From Felis catus (Eukaryota): 64,000 nt of DNA. Below, one piece after another: positions 37,174-49,104 of the stretch. Within the stretch, counting starts at the first letter, position 1. Each line of letters begins with the position of its first letter. The translations under genes were made by a program, and so were the position numbers. The stretch spans positions 53,384,001-53,448,000 of the forward strand of contig NC_058368.1 in assembly GCF_018350175.1 (NCBI RefSeq), written 5' to 3'. Below the pieces are notes generated by a model, which worked only from the letters and a program-made list of their open reading frames with translations, made no database searches and had not been told where the DNA came from.

Positions 37174-38470
37174 TTAAACCCTCTTGAGCTATATAGGAGC
37201 CTTAGAATCTGTTCCTCTGAGTTTTTTGAAATATAGTTTCTTAAATTTAGGAAAATTGATTTATTTTAGATTTTAGACTTCCCAAAATTAGATTATGCCC
37301 AGTTTTTCTCTCCAGACCTATGACAAACTCTAAAATTACAAAACTTAAGCTCTTTAACACTGTCTCTCCTACGTCATCTCCTGCCATTCCCACCTTCGCA
37401 CCTTGTGTTCCAACAAAATTGGGCTGCTTAAAATTCTCTAATCCAGTTGGCTCCAGGCTAGTGACAGGAGTTGAGGACATTCACAAAGACACATGTTTCA
37501 TAGCCCCTCCACGTGGGTACTCCACTGTATGGGAGGTTAAGTTGCAAATAAGCATGCCAAGATCTCCAACATAAGATATCAATTCTAAAAGGTGGAGGAT
37601 ATTGACCTGTAACACTTTTAAGCTATAATATAAAATAAAACAAAGAAACAAATATACCGGAATCATGATTTTTTAAAAAAAATCCATTGACATTGCAGAA
37701 TAGTGCAGAGATCAGGTGCTGCAACTCTAGTTGCGTTGGGAATCCTTGTCATTCCAGGAGAGGTATTGTATGCAAAGCTATGAATAAACAGATCCCAAAT
37801 AGAATGCCAAGGATTGCAGTTCTGTATCTTATTTTGGACAATTACTGATAGCATTTAGTGGGAAATACAGTTGACTGTACCACAGAAAATAAGATCTTCC
37901 TCCTGCATGGATTTTTTCCCCCGATGGAAAGAAAATATTTAACTGAGAAGCAGAATAGAAAGCCGATTTTATATAAATGATATGCAAAACAAAGTTACTG
38001 ATTTTAGACTTAATTTAGCTTGTGTTCAAATAAGTAAGGAGATGCCTACAAGAGAAATGACCAAAAATAAATGAAGTAAATAAATAAAGATAGGAGTTAT
38101 GTTTGTCCTTTAAAATGGCCCTAAGGAGAAAGAGGATGAGTCATAAAGCACCTCAGCAGAGCTGAAGATTGGGGCAATTCCCCAGAACTCTGTGTGTGGG
38201 GAGGTGCGGGAGGAGTATGTTACTACTGAGCAAACAAGTACCTGGCAACAGCAGGGCAGTGATTCATGGCAGGGAGTCTCTTCTGAGACAGGAAGTGGCT
38301 CAGCCACTGCTAGACCCAGTCCTGAGATCTGTGTCTGTATAATGAAATTCTACCTGAATAAAAATGTTGGCTAACCAGCTGGAGGGAAGGGTGAAGCTGT
38401 GATGTTTGTCCCTGCCCACCCAAATTGTCCCAGAACTCCATAAAGAGAAGTTAATGCTGTTAGATCATTT

Positions 38471-38491
38471 GGGGGGGGGGGGGGGGAGGGG
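38471..38491. repeat. poly-G run
   Basis: G16 followed by AGGGG. Confidence 0.9.
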
Positions 38492-38558
38492 TAGAAAGAG
38501 AAAAAGAACAATTCCAAGGCAAATTCAACAGCTAGATAAGGTGTAAAGATTTTTGGCT

Positions 38559-38790
38559 GGGGCGACTAGGTGGCTCAGTTGGTTAAGCATCCAACTCTTG
38601 GTTTTGGCTCAGATAATGATCTCACAGTTCATGGATTAGAGCCCCGCATGGGGCTCCATGCTGACATTGCAGAGCCTGCTTGGGATTCTTTGTCTCCCCG
38701 CCCTCCCCACCCCCCACCTCTCTGCCCCTTCCCTGCTTGTGCTCAGGCTCTCTCTCTCAAAATAAATTTAAAAACTTAAAAAAAAATTTT
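38559..38790 (+). mobile_element. Can-SINE
   Basis: TSD tttttggct. Confidence 0.95.
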
Positions 38791-39201
38791 TTTTTGGCTA
38801 CTTGGTTGGGCTTTTAGGAAAGACCTAACAACAGCAACAAACACCTGAGAGAGCTACAAAGTGTAAGTTTAGCCCGTTAGGAAAGAGGGTCATAAAGAAC
38901 GAAACTGAGGGAAATGATTCTGGGTGATAAAGTTTGTGGACCTCAATTATTACTGTGCATCATATCAAAACAGAAACCCTCTTTCTAAAGCAGTGTGATT
39001 TACATCTGAACCTAAGGAATCCTATAGCCAGAAAATTAGAAGACAAAATGAAATATAAATTGATCTTTTGGTTCTTGTGAGAGCTCAGTAATAAGAAAAT
39101 AGACTTCTTTTCTTAGAAATCATTCTCCATCTGTTATATTGTCGAATGCCTGCTGTAAGCTAATCCACACAATTTGAGCTGTATCTGAATTCAAAAATTG
39201 T

Positions 39202-39426
39202 AGCCCCCCTCCGCGTTGCCCTGCCCGGGGGGCTCAGTTGGTTAAGCATCCAACTTTGGCTTGGGTCGTGATCTCGGGGTTCATGTGTTCGAGCCCCGCG
39301 TTGACAGCTCAGAGCCTGGAGCCTACTTCAGAATCTGTGTCTCCCTCTCTCTGCCCCTCCCCTGCTCATGCTCTCGCTCTCTCGCTCTCTCTCTCTCCCA
39401 AATATAAATAAAAACATTTAAAAAAA
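39202..39426 (+). mobile_element. Can-SINE with atypical 5' end and internal deletion
   Basis: perfect 16-bp TSD tgaattcaaaaattgt at 39186-39201 and 39427-39442. Confidence 0.95.
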
Positions 39427-39668
39427 TGAATTCAAAAATTGTCGTTCCATTGATTTAGACAAGGGCAGTCCTGAAGCTACTTTGAGAAGTAAAAAGTCAG
39501 ATCCTAAATCATTCCTGATGATGTTAGAAAGTGGGTCAATGCATTATTTCCTCATATTTCTCTAAAGACTTTTCAACGATCTTTTCTGAACCAATCCCCA
39601 AATTCTAATATACTGGTGCATACCTAACCTCCCCCAAGATACTGCATTCCTAAAAAATAAAAATAAAC

Positions 39669-39900
39669 GGGGCGCCTGGGTGGCGCAGTCGGTTAAGCGT
39701 CCGACTTCAGCCAGGTCACGATCTCGCGGTCCGTGAGTTCGAGCCCCGCATCAGGCTCTGGGCTGATGGCTCGGAGCCTGGAGCCTGTTTCCGATTCTGT
39801 GTCTCCCTCTCTCTCTGCCCCTCCCCCGTTCATGCTCTGTCTCTCTCTGTCCCAAAAATAAATAAATGTTGAAAAAAAAAATAAATAAATAAATAATAAA
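39669..39900 (+). mobile_element. young SINEC_Fc
   Basis: CpG-intact head gtggcgcagtcggttaagcgtccgacttcagccaggtcacg. Confidence 0.97.
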
Positions 39901-39959
39901 AATAAAAAACAGGATGAAGTGGAAAATGGTAAAGAAGAGTTCTTAAAAATTATACAATT

Positions 39960-40178
39960 GGGGCGCCTGGGTGGCGCAGTCGGTTAAGCATCCGACTTCA
40001 GCCAGGTCACGATCTTGCGGTCTGTGAGTTCGAGCCCCGCGTCGGGCTCTGGGCTGATGGCTCAGAGCCTGGAGCCTGTTTCGGATTCTGTGTCTCCCTC
40101 TCTCTCTGCCCTTCCCCCGTTCATGTTCTGTCTCTCTCTGTCCCAAAAATAAATAAACGTTGAAAAAAAAATTTAAAA
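39960..40178 (+). mobile_element. young SINEC_Fc
   Basis: CpG-rich; TSD aaaaattatacaat. Confidence 0.97.
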
Positions 40179-40988
40179 AAAAATTATACAATAGACAAAA
40201 TCTTTGTTAGAAGAGATGAAGGATAATGTTAAGAAAATCTCCCAGAAAAATAGGACAAAAGGACAAAGAAAAAGACCTTCAAAACTGTAATGGAGCCCAA
40301 GGATTGATCTAGGAGAACATCTGAAGAAAAGAGTAGTTCCAGAAAAAAGAGAACAAAAAAATTTCCTGGAATTGAGGTCATGAGTCTTCAGATTAAAAGG
40401 ACCCCATTGATTACCAGCAGAATAAATGGAAAAAGATCCAAACCAAGGCATACAGTCATGGAATTTCAGAATATCAGGGATGAAAGAGTCAGACTTGCTA
40501 GCAGTAATTTAGCATCCTAAAGGACAGTATAACTATTCTTCCATTATTTGTGAGACAATGATTTTCACCTAGACAAGTTAACAGTCAAATATGAGGGTAA
40601 ATGAGGACATTTGCAGACACATGGGAATTCAAATGTATGACTTTTGCAGGAAACTACTGGAGAATATACTCCAGCAGATGAGGGAGTATACATGATAGCA
40701 AACTTCAGAAACTACAGGAAGAAAGGGATCCAACACAGGTAGGAGGCAAAGCAAAGTCCCAGAGTAATAATCGTGAAAGAGCACCCTAAGTGAGAGCTGG
40801 GCAACAAGCCCAATAATACATCAATGAATATCAGAACAGGAGGATGGGGGAGGCTCTCTCTGGGAAACAAATAAAATTGATAGATTATTTGTTATGTTTC
40901 AGCACTTGAAAAATAATGATACTTGAGGTATAAAAAGTGCTCATGAGAAATTGAGAAATGGAGCAGTTCCTAATGTTAAGAAATGACA

Positions 40989-41200
40989 GGAATATCTGGG
41001 TGGCTCAATCGGTTAAATGTCTGACTTCAGCTCAGGTCATGATCTCATGGTTCATGAGTTCAAGCGCCGTGTCAGGTTCTGTGCTGACAGCTCAGAGCCT
41101 GGAGCCTGCTTCAGATTCTGTGTCTCTGTTCATCTCCCGCTTGCACTGTCTCTCTCTCTCTCTCTCTCTCTCTCAAAAATAAGTAAAGATTCAAAAAACG
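40989..41200 (+). mobile_element. Can-SINE
   Basis: TSD gaaatgaca. Confidence 0.95.
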
Positions 41201-41586
41201 GAAATGACAAAGTATGGCAATTAATGCTAGGAAGAACAACGTTTTATAGCAAAGAATATGACTCTGAAGTGTGAATATTTACACAGCCATAAAAACGTAA
41301 ATACTGAATATTCATGTATCCAAAAATTGTGATGTAACTATCTTGGGAGGGTGGCAAATATAAGGAAGTGGGATTGGTGGTATAAGAGATGTAAATCCTC
41401 ATTTACCATAATAGGATATCAATAAATAAATTTGAAATTGATTAAATAAGACATACCAATATAAGCAGATTATTTAGAAAAATGGAGGTAAATACCAAGG
41501 AAAAAAAAGCGTAAGTGTTAAAAGAATTTTACCTGGGGAATGAGATGGAGATGAGCAAGGGATTATAGTAAGAGTGCTGTATTTTT

Positions 41587-41799
41587 TTTTATTTTTTTAA
41601 TGTTTTTTTATTTTTGAGACAGAGAGAGACAGAGCATGAGCAGGGGAGGGGAAGAGAGAGAGGGAGACACAGAATCCGAAGCAGGCTCCAGGCTCTAAGC
41701 TGTCAGCAGAGCCCGATGCGGGGCTTGAGCTCACAGACCGTGAGATCATGACCTGAGCCGAAGTTGGATGCTCAACCGACTGAGCCACCCAGGCGCCCC
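41587..41799 (-). mobile_element. Can-SINE
   Basis: 17-bp TSD aagagtgctgtattttt. Confidence 0.97.
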
Positions 41800-41866
41800 A
41801 AGAGTGCTGTATTTTTAAATGGCTATTCCTTTACTAAAATCTCTCCCTCCTTTTCACTCTTCCCTT

Positions 41867-41920
<54 letters not shown>
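41867..41920. repeat. compound (CT)n(CA)n microsatellite
   Basis: direct reading. Confidence 0.95.
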
Positions 41921-41922
<2 letters not shown>

Positions 41923-42004
41923 CTATGAATTAAGACTTTTGAGTATTCAAATGTGTCTTAAACAAAAGATGAAACCAAGAAGAAAGACTAATTTGCTTTC
42001 CACT

Positions 42005-42185
42005 TTTTAATTTTCACTTTTGAGAGAGAGGTGGGGGGCAATGGGAGAGTGGGAGAGAGAATCCCAAACAGGCTCCATGCCCAGCTCAGAGCCCAACCCG
42101 GGGCTCAATCTCACAACTGTGAGATCATGACCTGAGCCAAAACCAAGAGTCAGACACCCAACTGACTGGGCCACCCAGGTGCCCC
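42005..42185 (-). mobile_element. Can-SINE
   Basis: antisense core and head. Confidence 0.9.
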
Positions 42186-42214
42186 TATCTTGTCACATTT
42201 CTAATCTGAGTTCT

Positions 42215-42630
42215 TTACTGACTTCCCCTTGTCTTCAGGATAAAATCCAAGATCCTTAGCATACCAGATAGAGTTCTTAATTATATGGCTACTCCTAACC
42301 ACTCACTCAGTACCCTTCTCCCCAAGAATCCTTAACCACCACAATCTCTCTAGGCACTGCATTCTCGTTTCTTAGGTTTTTCTCATGCACCTTCAAAGCT
42401 CCTCATACCTGGAACACCTTTAGCCCACTTCTTAACCTTACTCCTTATCATTTAAAATGAAGGGATTAGGGTTAACTCCTGTACCTTGGCTATATTGATA
42501 GTGAGCTCCTGGATGGCAAACAAAGTATTAGATTCATTTTGGTGACCTCATTGTATACCACAACATCATAAGCTATTGTGGTAGGTACTCTGTCAAGGGA
42601 AGAGTGTCTGGATGAAGTAATGAATGATTA
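42215..42630 (+). mobile_element. L2 fragment
   Basis: ttcaggataaaatccaagatccttagcat, gtgagctcctggatggca, gtaggtactc. Confidence 0.6.
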
Positions 42631-43121
42631 AATTAAAAAATTATTAAGCAGCCAACAAGTTATTTCTTGAGGAAGAAGTGTTAAGATGCCTTTTAAATTT
42701 TAAAAGACAACTGGAACTTAGAATATTACACTTAGAAAGGAAAAGGATTGCAAAGTTCATATAGTCTAGTTTATAGTTACTGTAGATTCACATAATTTAA
42801 AAATTAAATGTAACTCAGAGGTACACATACACCTTATCAAACTGAGTCCATATTCAGCTATGTTTGCTGCTTTGTTTTGTTTTCTTTTTTTTTTTCTCTT
42901 CCCTTGATTCTTTGTCTTTTCTTTGTTTTTCTTTCTCTTTACCATAAAATCACACTATGGCTACCACATTCCTTAATGCATCTAGTAAATGTAACTAGTG
43001 ACCTCAATTCTGATGATCCTATATATATATACATATATATAGGATGATAGGATGATAGTCATCCCTGTATCTGAATCTATGCTAAATAGGTCAAACATTT
43101 AACAGCCCATCTCTCTTACTT

Positions 43122-43149
43122 ATTTTTTTTTAAATGCTTATTTATTTAT

Positions 43150-43202
<53 letters not shown>

Positions 43203-43301
43203 AAAACCCAACACAGGGCTCAAACTCATGAACCGTAAGAGTAGGACAGGAGCCGAAATCAAGAGTTGGATGCTTAACCGATTGAGCCACCCAGGCGCCC
43301 C
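43122..43301 (-). mobile_element. Can-SINE with internal deletion and long (GA)n
   Basis: TSD ccatctctcttactt. Confidence 0.95.
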
Positions 43302-43654
43302 CATCTCTCTTACTTCTGCCTGTGAGTAGGATGTTGTAACTGAATGAAACAATTTATTTCCTTTCAGCACAAACATTTATCATCAACTTTTTGTTTTCTT
43401 CGCATTTTTTTCTAATTAATCATGTTCTCCACAGTAGTTAGAAATTATAAAATCTCCAAGCAAGACTGAGTTCCTACATGATAATATTGTTCTTCTTCAG
43501 GATGTACAGGGATCACTCATGTATTTGTCTATGCTAGGTTTTCAGACACATGTTCAAAATATTTATTAATATCTCTTGTTTCACCTTTTACGCTATAGTT
43601 TGTCTTATGTTGCAAGTAGCACAGTGTAGTCTGTGAATTAATTTTTTCTCCAGG

Positions 43655-43752
43655 TTTTATTTTTAAGTAATCTTTACACCCAACATTGGGCTCGAACTTG
43701 TAACTCTAAGATCAAGAGTCATGTGCTCTATCAACTGAGCCATCCAGGTGCC
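43655..43752 (-). mobile_element. short Can-SINE
   Basis: aagtaatctttacacccaac, agatcaagagtc, ccaggtgcc. Confidence 0.85.
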
Positions 43753-43764
43753 ACCCCCAATGTT

Positions 43765-46072
43765 TTTTAATTTAATTTTTTTTTTTAATTTACATCCAAA
43801 TTAGTTAGCATGTAGTGCAGCAACGATTTCAGGAGTAGATTCCTTAGTGCCCCTTACCCATGTAGCCCATCCCCCCTCCCACAACCCCTGTAGTAGCCCT
43901 CAGTTTGTTCTCCACATTTATGAGTCTCCTCTGTTTGGTCCCCCTCCCTGTTTTTATATTATTTTTGTTTCCCTTCCCTTATATTAATCTGTTTTGTCTC
44001 TTAAAGTCCTCACATGAGTGAAGTCATATGATTTTTGTCTTTCTATGACTGACTAGTTTCACTTAGCATATATACCCTCCAGTTCCATCCACGTAGTTGC
44101 AAATGGCAAGATTTCATTCTTTTTGATTGCCGAGTAATACTCCATTGTATATACATCCCACATCTTCTTTACCCATTCATCCATCGATGGACATTTGGGC
44201 TCTTTCCATACTTTGGCTATTGTTGATAGTGATTCTATAAACATTGGAGTGCATTCGTTCCTTCAAAACAGCACACCTGTATCCCTTGGATAAATGCCTA
44301 GTAGTGCAATTGCTGGGTCATAGGGTAGTTCTATTTTTAGTTTTTTGAGGAACCTCCATACTGTTTTCCAGAGTGGCTGCACCAGCTTGCATTCCTACCA
44401 ACAATGCAGAAGAGATCCTCTTTCTCCGCGCATCCTCGCCAACATCTGGTGTTGCCTGAGTTGTTAATGTTAGCCATTCTGACAGGTGTGAGGTGGTATC
44501 TCATTGTGATTTTGATTTGTATTTCCCTGATGATGAATGATGAGCATTTTTTCATGTGTTGGTTGGCCATCTGGATGTCTTCCTTGGAGAAGTGTCTATT
44601 CATGTCTTTTGCCCATTTCTTCACTGGATTATTTGTTTTTTGGGTGTTGAGTTTGATAAGTTCTTTATAGATTTTGAATATTAACCCTTTATCTGATATG
44701 TCATTTGCAAATATCTTCTCCCATTCTGTCGGTTGCCTTTTAGTTTTGCTGATTGTTTCCTTCACTGTGCAGAAGCTTTTTATTTTGATGAGGTCCCAAT
44801 AGTTCTTGCTTTTGTTTCCCTTGCCTCCAGAGACGTGTTGAGTAAGAAGTTGCTGCGGGCAAGATCAAAGAGGTTTTTGCCTGCTTTCTCCTCGAGGATT
44901 TGGGTGGCTTCCTGTCTTACATTTAGGTCTTTTATCCATTTTGAGTTTATTTTGGGGTATGGTGTAAAAAGTGGTCCATGTTCATTCTTCTGCATGTCGC
45001 TGTCCAGGTTTCCCAGCACCACTTGCTGAAGAGACTGTCTTTATTCCATTGGATATTCTTTCCTGCCTTGTCAAAGATTAGTTAGCTATACATTTGTGGG
45101 TCCATTTCTGGGTTCTCTGTTCTGTTCCACTGATCTGAGTGTCTGTTATTGTGCCAGTACCATACTGTCTTGATGATTACAGCTTTGTAATGCATCTTGA
45201 AGTCTGTGATTGTGATGCCTTCTGCTTTGGTTTTCTTTTTCAAGATTGCTTTGGCTATTCGGTGTCTTTTCTGGTTCCATACAAATTTTAGGATTATTTA
45301 TTCTAGCTCTGTGAAGAATGCTGGTGTTATTTTGATAGGGATTGCATTGAATATGTAGATTGCCTTGGGTAGTATCAATATTTTAACAATATTTTTTCTT
45401 CGTATCTGGGAGCATGGAATCTTTTTCCATTTTTTGGTGTCTTCTTCAATTTCTATAATTATAAGCTTTCTATGGTTTTCAGTGTAATAGGTTTTTCACC
45501 TCTTTGAAATCTAACCTCTTTGGTTAGATTTATTCCTAGGTACTTTATGGTTTTTTTGTGCAACTGTAAATGGGATCGATTCCTTGCTTTCTCTTTCTGT
45601 TGCTTCATTATTGGTGTATAGGAATGCAACCGATTTCTGTGCGCTGATTTTATATCCTGCAACTTTGCTGAATTCATGAATCAGTTCTAGCAGTTTTTGG
45701 TGGAATCTTTAGGGTTTTCCATATAGAGTATCATGTCATCTGCGAAGAGTGAAAGTTTGACCTCCTCCTGGCCGATTTGGATGCCTTTTATTTCTTTGTG
45801 TTGTCTGATTGCAGAGGCTAAGACTTCCAATACAATGTTGAATAACATTGGCAAGAGTGGACATCCCTGTCTTGTTCCTGACCTTAGGGGGAAAGCTCTC
45901 AGGTTTTCCTCATTGAGGATGATACTAGCATTGGTTCATTCATATATGGCTTTATGTTCTCGAGTTATATGATCCTTCCATCCCTACTTTCTTGAGGGTT
46001 TTTATCAAGAAAGGATACTGTATTTTGTCAAATGCTTTTGCTGCATCTATTGAGAGAATCATATGGTTCTTG
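43765..46072 (-). mobile_element. felid L1, 3' 2.3 kb, ORF2 disrupted
   Basis: ORF2p pieces in several frames ([39 protein letters not shown]); approximate TSD cccaat(t)gtttt. Confidence 0.95.
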
Positions 46073-46077
46073 CCCAA

Positions 46078-46832
46078 TTGTTTTGTTGTAGTAAACTGTA
46101 TAACGTAAAATTTACCATCTTACCATTTTAAGTGCAGAGTTCAATGGTATTAAGTCCATTCATATTGTTGTGCAATCATCATCACTATCCATCTCTAGAA
46201 CTCTTTTCATCCTGCAAAACTGAAGCTCTAGTCCATTACACAATAGTTCCCCACTACACCCTTCCCTCAGCCCCTGGAAACCACCATTCTACCTTCTGTC
46301 TCTATGATTTTGACTACTGTAAGTACTTTACATAAATGGAATCCTACGGTATTTGTCTTTTTGTGACTGGCTTATTTCACTTAGCACAATGCCCTCAATG
46401 TTCATCCATGTTGTAGCATGTGTCAAAATTCCCTTGCTTTTAAGGCTGAATAATATCCCATGGTATGTATATACTGCATTTTGCTTATCCATCCATCTGT
46501 CCATGAACTTTTGGGTTGCTCATATTTTAGCTATTTTGAATAATGATGCTATAAACATGGGTGTACAAGTAACTCTTCAAGAATCTGCTTTCAGTTCTTT
46601 AGAGTGAATGCCCAGAAGTGGAATTGGTGGATTATAGTAATTCTATTTTTGATTTTTTAAAGAATCAAATGGTATGACAATACTGCTTCCCACAATGGCT
46701 GCACCACTTTACATTCCCACCAACAGTGCCGAAGGAGTCTATGTTCCCCACATTCTCACCAACACTTATTTTCTGTTTTGCTATTGTTGTTTTGTTTTTG
46801 ATAATAGCCATCTTAATGAGTGTGAGGCAGTA
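46078..46832 (-). mobile_element. L1MB-like 3' end
   Basis: aaaatttaccatcttaccattttaagtg, cagcccctggaaaccaccattctacc, gcccagaagtggaattg. Confidence 0.85.
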
Positions 46833-47190
46833 ACTTGTTTTTGTTATTAGGTTTATTTGGCCTATTTTAAATAATTGGATAGCCTAAAGTTATTTTTAAG
46901 TATGTTTGTGGAGTTTTTTTAGTTGTTGTTAGCAAATAATAAATAAAACACACTGAGCTCATTTCCTGAATATTGATCTCTAATGCTTCTGACACCAAGT
47001 GATCAGTCACCTTGAATTGATGACAACCTTGAAATTTGGTGTTAAAGTCAGAAAAGACAATTGGCTTTTTTTGTTTGTTTGTTTAATGACTCAGTATTTG
47101 ATAATATTAAGTTATTGTTAAAGGTTTTTTTTTCAGTTTGCTTTTAGCTATGATATTGGATATTTTGATTATGCTTTAAAAAAGAGTTCT

Positions 47191-48853
47191 ATACATGAAT
47201 TCAGCAAAGTTGTAGGATACAAAATCAATGTACAGAAATCAGTTGCATTCTTATACACTAATAATGAAGCAACAGAAAAACAAATAAAGAAACTGATCCC
47301 ATTCACAATTGCACCAAGAAGCATAAAATACCTAGGAATAAATCTAACCAAAGATGTAAAAGATCTGTATGCTGAAAACTATAGAAAGCTTATGAAGGAA
47401 ATTGAAGAAGATATAAAGAAATGGGAAAACATTCCGTGCTCATGGGTTGGAAGAATAAATATTGTCAAAATGTCAGTACTACCCAAAGCTATCTACACAT
47501 TCAATGCAATCTCAATCAAAATTGCACCAACATTCTTCTCGAAACTAGAACAAGCAATCCTAAAATTTATATGGAATCACAAAAGGCCCCGAATAGCCAA
47601 AGTAATTTTGAAGAAGAAGACCAAAGCAGGAGGCATCACAATCCCAGACTTTAGCCTCTACTACAAAGCTGTTATCATCAAGACAGCATGGTATTGGCAC
47701 AAAAACAGACACATAGACCAACGGAATAGAATAGAAACCCCAGAACTAGACCCACAAACATATGGCCAACTAATCTTTGACAAAGCAGGAAAAAATATCC
47801 AATGGAAAAAAGACAGTCTCTTTAACAAATGGTGCTGGGAGAACTGGACAGCAACATGCAGAAGGTTGAAACTAGACCACTTTGTCACACCATTCACAAA
47901 AATAAACTCAAAATGGATAAAGGACCGAATGTGAGACAGGAAACCATCAAAACCCTAGAGGAGAAAGCAGGAAAAAACCTCTGTGACCTCAGCCGTAGCA
48001 ATTTTTTACTTGACACATCCCCAAGGGCAAGGGAATTAAAAGCAAAAATGAACTATTGGGACCTCATGAAGATAAAAAGCTTCTGCACAGCAAAGGAAAC
48101 AATCAACAAAACTAAAAGGCAACCAACGGAATGGGAAAAGATATTTGCAAATGACATATCGGACAAAGGGCTAGTATCCAAAATCTATAAAGAGCTCACC
48201 AAACTCCACACCCAAAAAACAAATAACCCAGTGAAGAAATGGGCAGAAAACATGAATAGACACTTCTTTAAAGAAGACATCCCGATGGCCAACAGGCACA
48301 TGAAAAGATGCTCAATGTCGCTCCTCCTCAGGGAAATACAAATCAAAACCACACTCAGATGTCACCTCACGCCAGTCAGAGTGGCCAAAATGAGCAAATC
48401 AGGAGACTATAGATGCTGGAGTGGATGTGAAAAACGGGAACCCTCTTGCACTGTTGGTGGGAATGCAGACTGTTGCAGCCACTCTGGAAAACAATGTGGA
48501 GGTTCCTCAAAAAATTAAAAATAGACCTACCCTATGACCCAGCAGTAGCACTGCTAGGAATTTTCCCAAGGAATACAGGAGTACTGATGCATAGGGGCAC
48601 TTGTACCCCAATGTTTATAGCAGAACAGTCAACAATAGCCAAATTATGGAAAGAGCCTAAATGTCCATCAACTGATGAATGGATAAAGACGTTGTGGTTT
48701 ATATACACAATGGAGTGCTACATGGCAATGAGAAAGAATGAAATATGGCCCTTTGTAGCAATGTGGATGGAACTGGAGAGTGTTATGCTAAGTGAAATAA
48801 GCCATACAGAGAAAGACAGATACCATATGTTTTCACTTTTATGTGGATCCTGA
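47191..48853 (+). pseudogene. L1 ORF2p C-terminal fragment with two frameshifts
   Basis: ORFs 47392-47934, 47829-48518 and 48446-48853 read as consecutive ORF2p segments ([17 protein letters not shown] to HCWWEC to LSEISHTEKDRYHMFSL). Confidence 0.9.
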
Positions 48854-49090
48854 GGAACTTAACAGGAAGCCATGGGGGAGGGGAAGGGGAAAAAAAAAAA
48901 AAAAAGAGAGAGGTTAGAGTGGGAGAGAGCCAAAGCATGAGAGATTCTTAAAAACTGAGAATAAACTGAGGGCTGATGGGGGGGGGGGAGGGAGGGGAGG
49001 GTGGGTGATGGGTATTGAAGAGGACATCTTTTGGGATGAGCACTGGGTGTTGTATGGAAGCCAATTTGACAATAAATTTCATATATTTTT
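47191..49090 (+). mobile_element. felid L1 (L1_Fc-like), 3' 1.9 kb
   Basis: ORF2p C-terminal region, G-rich 3' UTR, aataaa; TSD aaaaaag(a/c)gttct. Confidence 0.97.
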
Positions 49091-49104
49091 TAAAAAAGCG
49101 TTCT

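Larger units (their letters stand above)
40195..41820 (+). mobile_element. HAL1 (half-L1) remnant with two nested SINEs
   Basis: ORF1-like catgagtcttcagattaaaaggacc and gtcatggaatttcagaatatcaggga, then HAL1-type ggaaactactggag and agggatccaacacagg; no ORF2. Confidence 0.65.

Noticed and set aside
38471..38491. Poly-G runs as functional G-quadruplexes (also near 18496, 53111, 61898)
   Set aside because: Homopolymer lengths are assembly-sensitive, some runs lie inside repeats, and there is no evidence of function.
47392..48853. Active L1 reverse transcriptase gene
   Set aside because: 5'-truncated, lacks the endonuclease and most of the RT domain, and is split by two frameshifts.
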